Shown piece by piece: positions 61,910-64,000 of a DNA stretch of 64,000 bases. The notes under the pieces are model-generated. The model did no database searches. It had not been told where the DNA came from and saw only the letters and a program-made list of their open reading frames with translations. Source of the stretch: Yuukianura sp. NJ FZ-2021 (taxonomy: Eukaryota). Location of the stretch: positions 7,006,001-7,070,000 of the forward strand of contig CM102284.1 of assembly GCA_046563655.1 (NCBI GenBank), read 5' to 3'. Each line of letters opens with the position of its first letter. The first letter of the stretch is position 1. The position numbers were made by a program, and so were the translations under genes.

Positions 61910-64000
61910 ATGGCCCAACGACACAATTTTTCTACAATTCCGAGACCGGAAATCAAATCTCCGCCTCCGCAGTTCCACGTTTCATCTCCAACCGTAACTG
62001 GATTTCGGACGAATCAGGCCCAACCGCAGCATTCGAGCATAATTTATGCTCAACCTAGCCCGAGGCCACCCGCTAGGACTTCAGTAGCTCCAGTAGTGCT
62101 GGAGCGGTATCCACCAGCATCGACGCAAGCACAATCAAATTATGTCCAAAACGGACAGCAGCCGGGTTCCAGGAAGTTTGGCTCTGCGCAGCCTCCGCCA
62201 CTGTCTCCATCTTTTTACTACAGAGAAAATGTCCAACCGACTGGAAGAAACTTTTTGACGCTGCCGATCAACCGCCAAACCTCGAGAACACCGCTTTCGG
62301 GGAATTCAAACTTCCGAAGTGCTCCGAACTCTCCGCAACCCGTGAAAGTTCCAACATCTTACTACCGAACTTACTCCCATTCACCATTCGGAGCTGCCCA
62401 GCGAGCCAGTACAGTGCTGGACAAGTATCCGTCAGTACTTACACTAAATGATGTTACGGTAACTCCTATCTCAAGCCTATCTGGACGACATTCTATTTCA
62501 GCAGCTCCGTCTGTTCTGGACAGATATCCTCCAGCGGCTGAAGACGCTTACTACCAAAAGACCACAAGAAATTCAGCGCCAGCGCGAAATTCAGCGCCAT
62601 TCCAGAATTCAGTTCCGCCGTCATCTCTGTTCGGACCGAAAGTCGCGCTCAGACGAACTCCGCCAGTGGATAACAACTATGTACCGAATCGGTTTCGGTA
62701 TCCCACGGTATCTCCCGGTATTCCACCGAACCGAACCACCCCACCACCTACACCTTCAGAATATGCCATTCCACAGGTCAAAATGCCCACGGAACAATCG
62801 GCACGACGTAGAGGAATGGTTCTGGAGTATGCTTCTCCAGCAACAGTACGAACTCCACAACCACCGCCGCCCCCACCAGTAATCCAGCCGACTCAAATTC
62901 ACGTTCCAGCGTCAATTCCAGCCCCACCAAAACGAACTCCATCAAACGCTTCCACTTTTGTTAGAAAACCGTCGCTGAAAGTTAAGCGCAATGGATCTAC
63001 TGCAGCGTCTTTCAAAGTCACGCAGCCTCCCGTTCCAAGAAGAAAAGGACCGCCACCGAATCATCCTTCCAGGCTTTTGACTGATGATGAAAATCAACTC
63101 GTTTTTCAAATTTTGGGACACGGAAGACAAGTTAGTAGCAAATTTTGTTTAAAATTTTAAATTTTAAACATTGAAACATTGAGGAAATTCCAAAATTTTG
63201 AATTTATACGAAAGATACAACTGCGTAATCATTTAATTTAAGTTGTTGTGAACTCTTGATTTTTTCAGACGCTGTCCACCGCGGTAGTCCAACTACTGTT
63301 TCCATTTGATGACGAAGGGGGGTGGACCCTTGAAGGGGTCACGATTTTATGTTTTGTACGTGACGCTGCTAAGAAGTCGTACTTTTTGGAATTCATTTGG
63401 CCAGAATCTGGAGCTTGCGTCTTCTCTTGCGAAATTTACGAAGAATTTACATACAAAGCTTACAGAAATTCGAGATTCATCACATTCGAAGCTGAGGTAA
63501 GAAAGTTATAAAATTTTGAAAGAAAAAATTTCCCGAAACGTCTGAAGAACTATTAAATTTTGATTTTACAATCAAAAATTTTGGAAAAAAAACGAAAAGT
63601 GATTTCGGATTTTTTTTTCAGATTTCACAAGTTGGGGTCAATTTTGCTGACCATGCGGAGTATTTAGCTTTCACGGACACTTTGGACAAGAAAATTGAAG
63701 CAAAAAGACAACGCCGGGAGGGTGAGAATCTTGTTCGTCAAAATTTTTCCAGGAATTGAAAATTTTGATATTTTGATAAAATTTTGAAATTCTATGTTAC
63801 TAGATCGTGAATCCAGAACTTATGAATTGAATGGATCCTACCCTATGACGAACGGAGTGAAAAATGTACATGGGTTCACAACTTCCGAAAGAACCTATGT
63901 TTCAAAGGAAGAGAAGAAATCAAAATTTACGTTTGGCAGAAAAACGTCCAAAAAAGACAAAAAAGCCAAAAAATTTGAAAAACGGGACATTGGAGTTCCG
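61910..64000 (+). CDS. Second WASp paralogue with long Pro/Ser/Arg-rich N-terminal extension (truncated by the window end)
   Basis: Exons 61910-63130, 63269-63496, 63622-63721, 63804-end. PSRLLTDDENQLVFQILGHGRQ|TLSTAVVQLL...LCFVRDAAKKSYFL...VGVNFAD, basic region KKDKKAKK and start of CRIB (KRDIGVP). Intron positions and phases match the upstream WASp. Confidence 0.9.

Noticed and set aside
63306-63500. Apparent frameshift in the WASp-2 WH1 exon suggested by the ORF track
   Set aside because: Reading from the acceptor at 63269 gives an intact 76-codon frame through the G6 run; the listed ORF is simply another frame.

Overview
Compact, AT-rich, intron-rich animal genomic DNA (arthropod-like gene set; the exact taxon cannot be fixed from the sequence). 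Spliced genes that can be reconstructed, in order: the 3' tail of an unidentified + strand gene; an ABCA-family lipid transporter (- strand, 4625-15115) carrying a complete SMUG1 uracil-DNA glycosylase gene nested antisense in one intron; a SEC14/CRAL-TRIO gene with a signal-peptide-like N-terminus; a long Stac-like gene (F-BAR-like coiled coil, C1, SH3-SH3); a secreted low-complexity protein with one C-terminal Ig domain; AP-3 delta adaptin; an LRMDA/C10orf11-like LRR gene; and two tandem WASp paralogues, the second with a ~390-aa novel N-terminal extension and cut off by the window end. The most striking non-genic structure is a 2.0-kb foldback element (1028-3049) that is almost entirely one palindrome, with TATGG...CCATA termini, a 6-bp target-site duplication and 30-bp subterminal arrays. 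A second unexplained pattern is a strongly over-represented DR1-type motif (RGGTCAAAGGTCA) that often sits next to splice sites. All exon coordinates were read by eye and may be off by a few bases.
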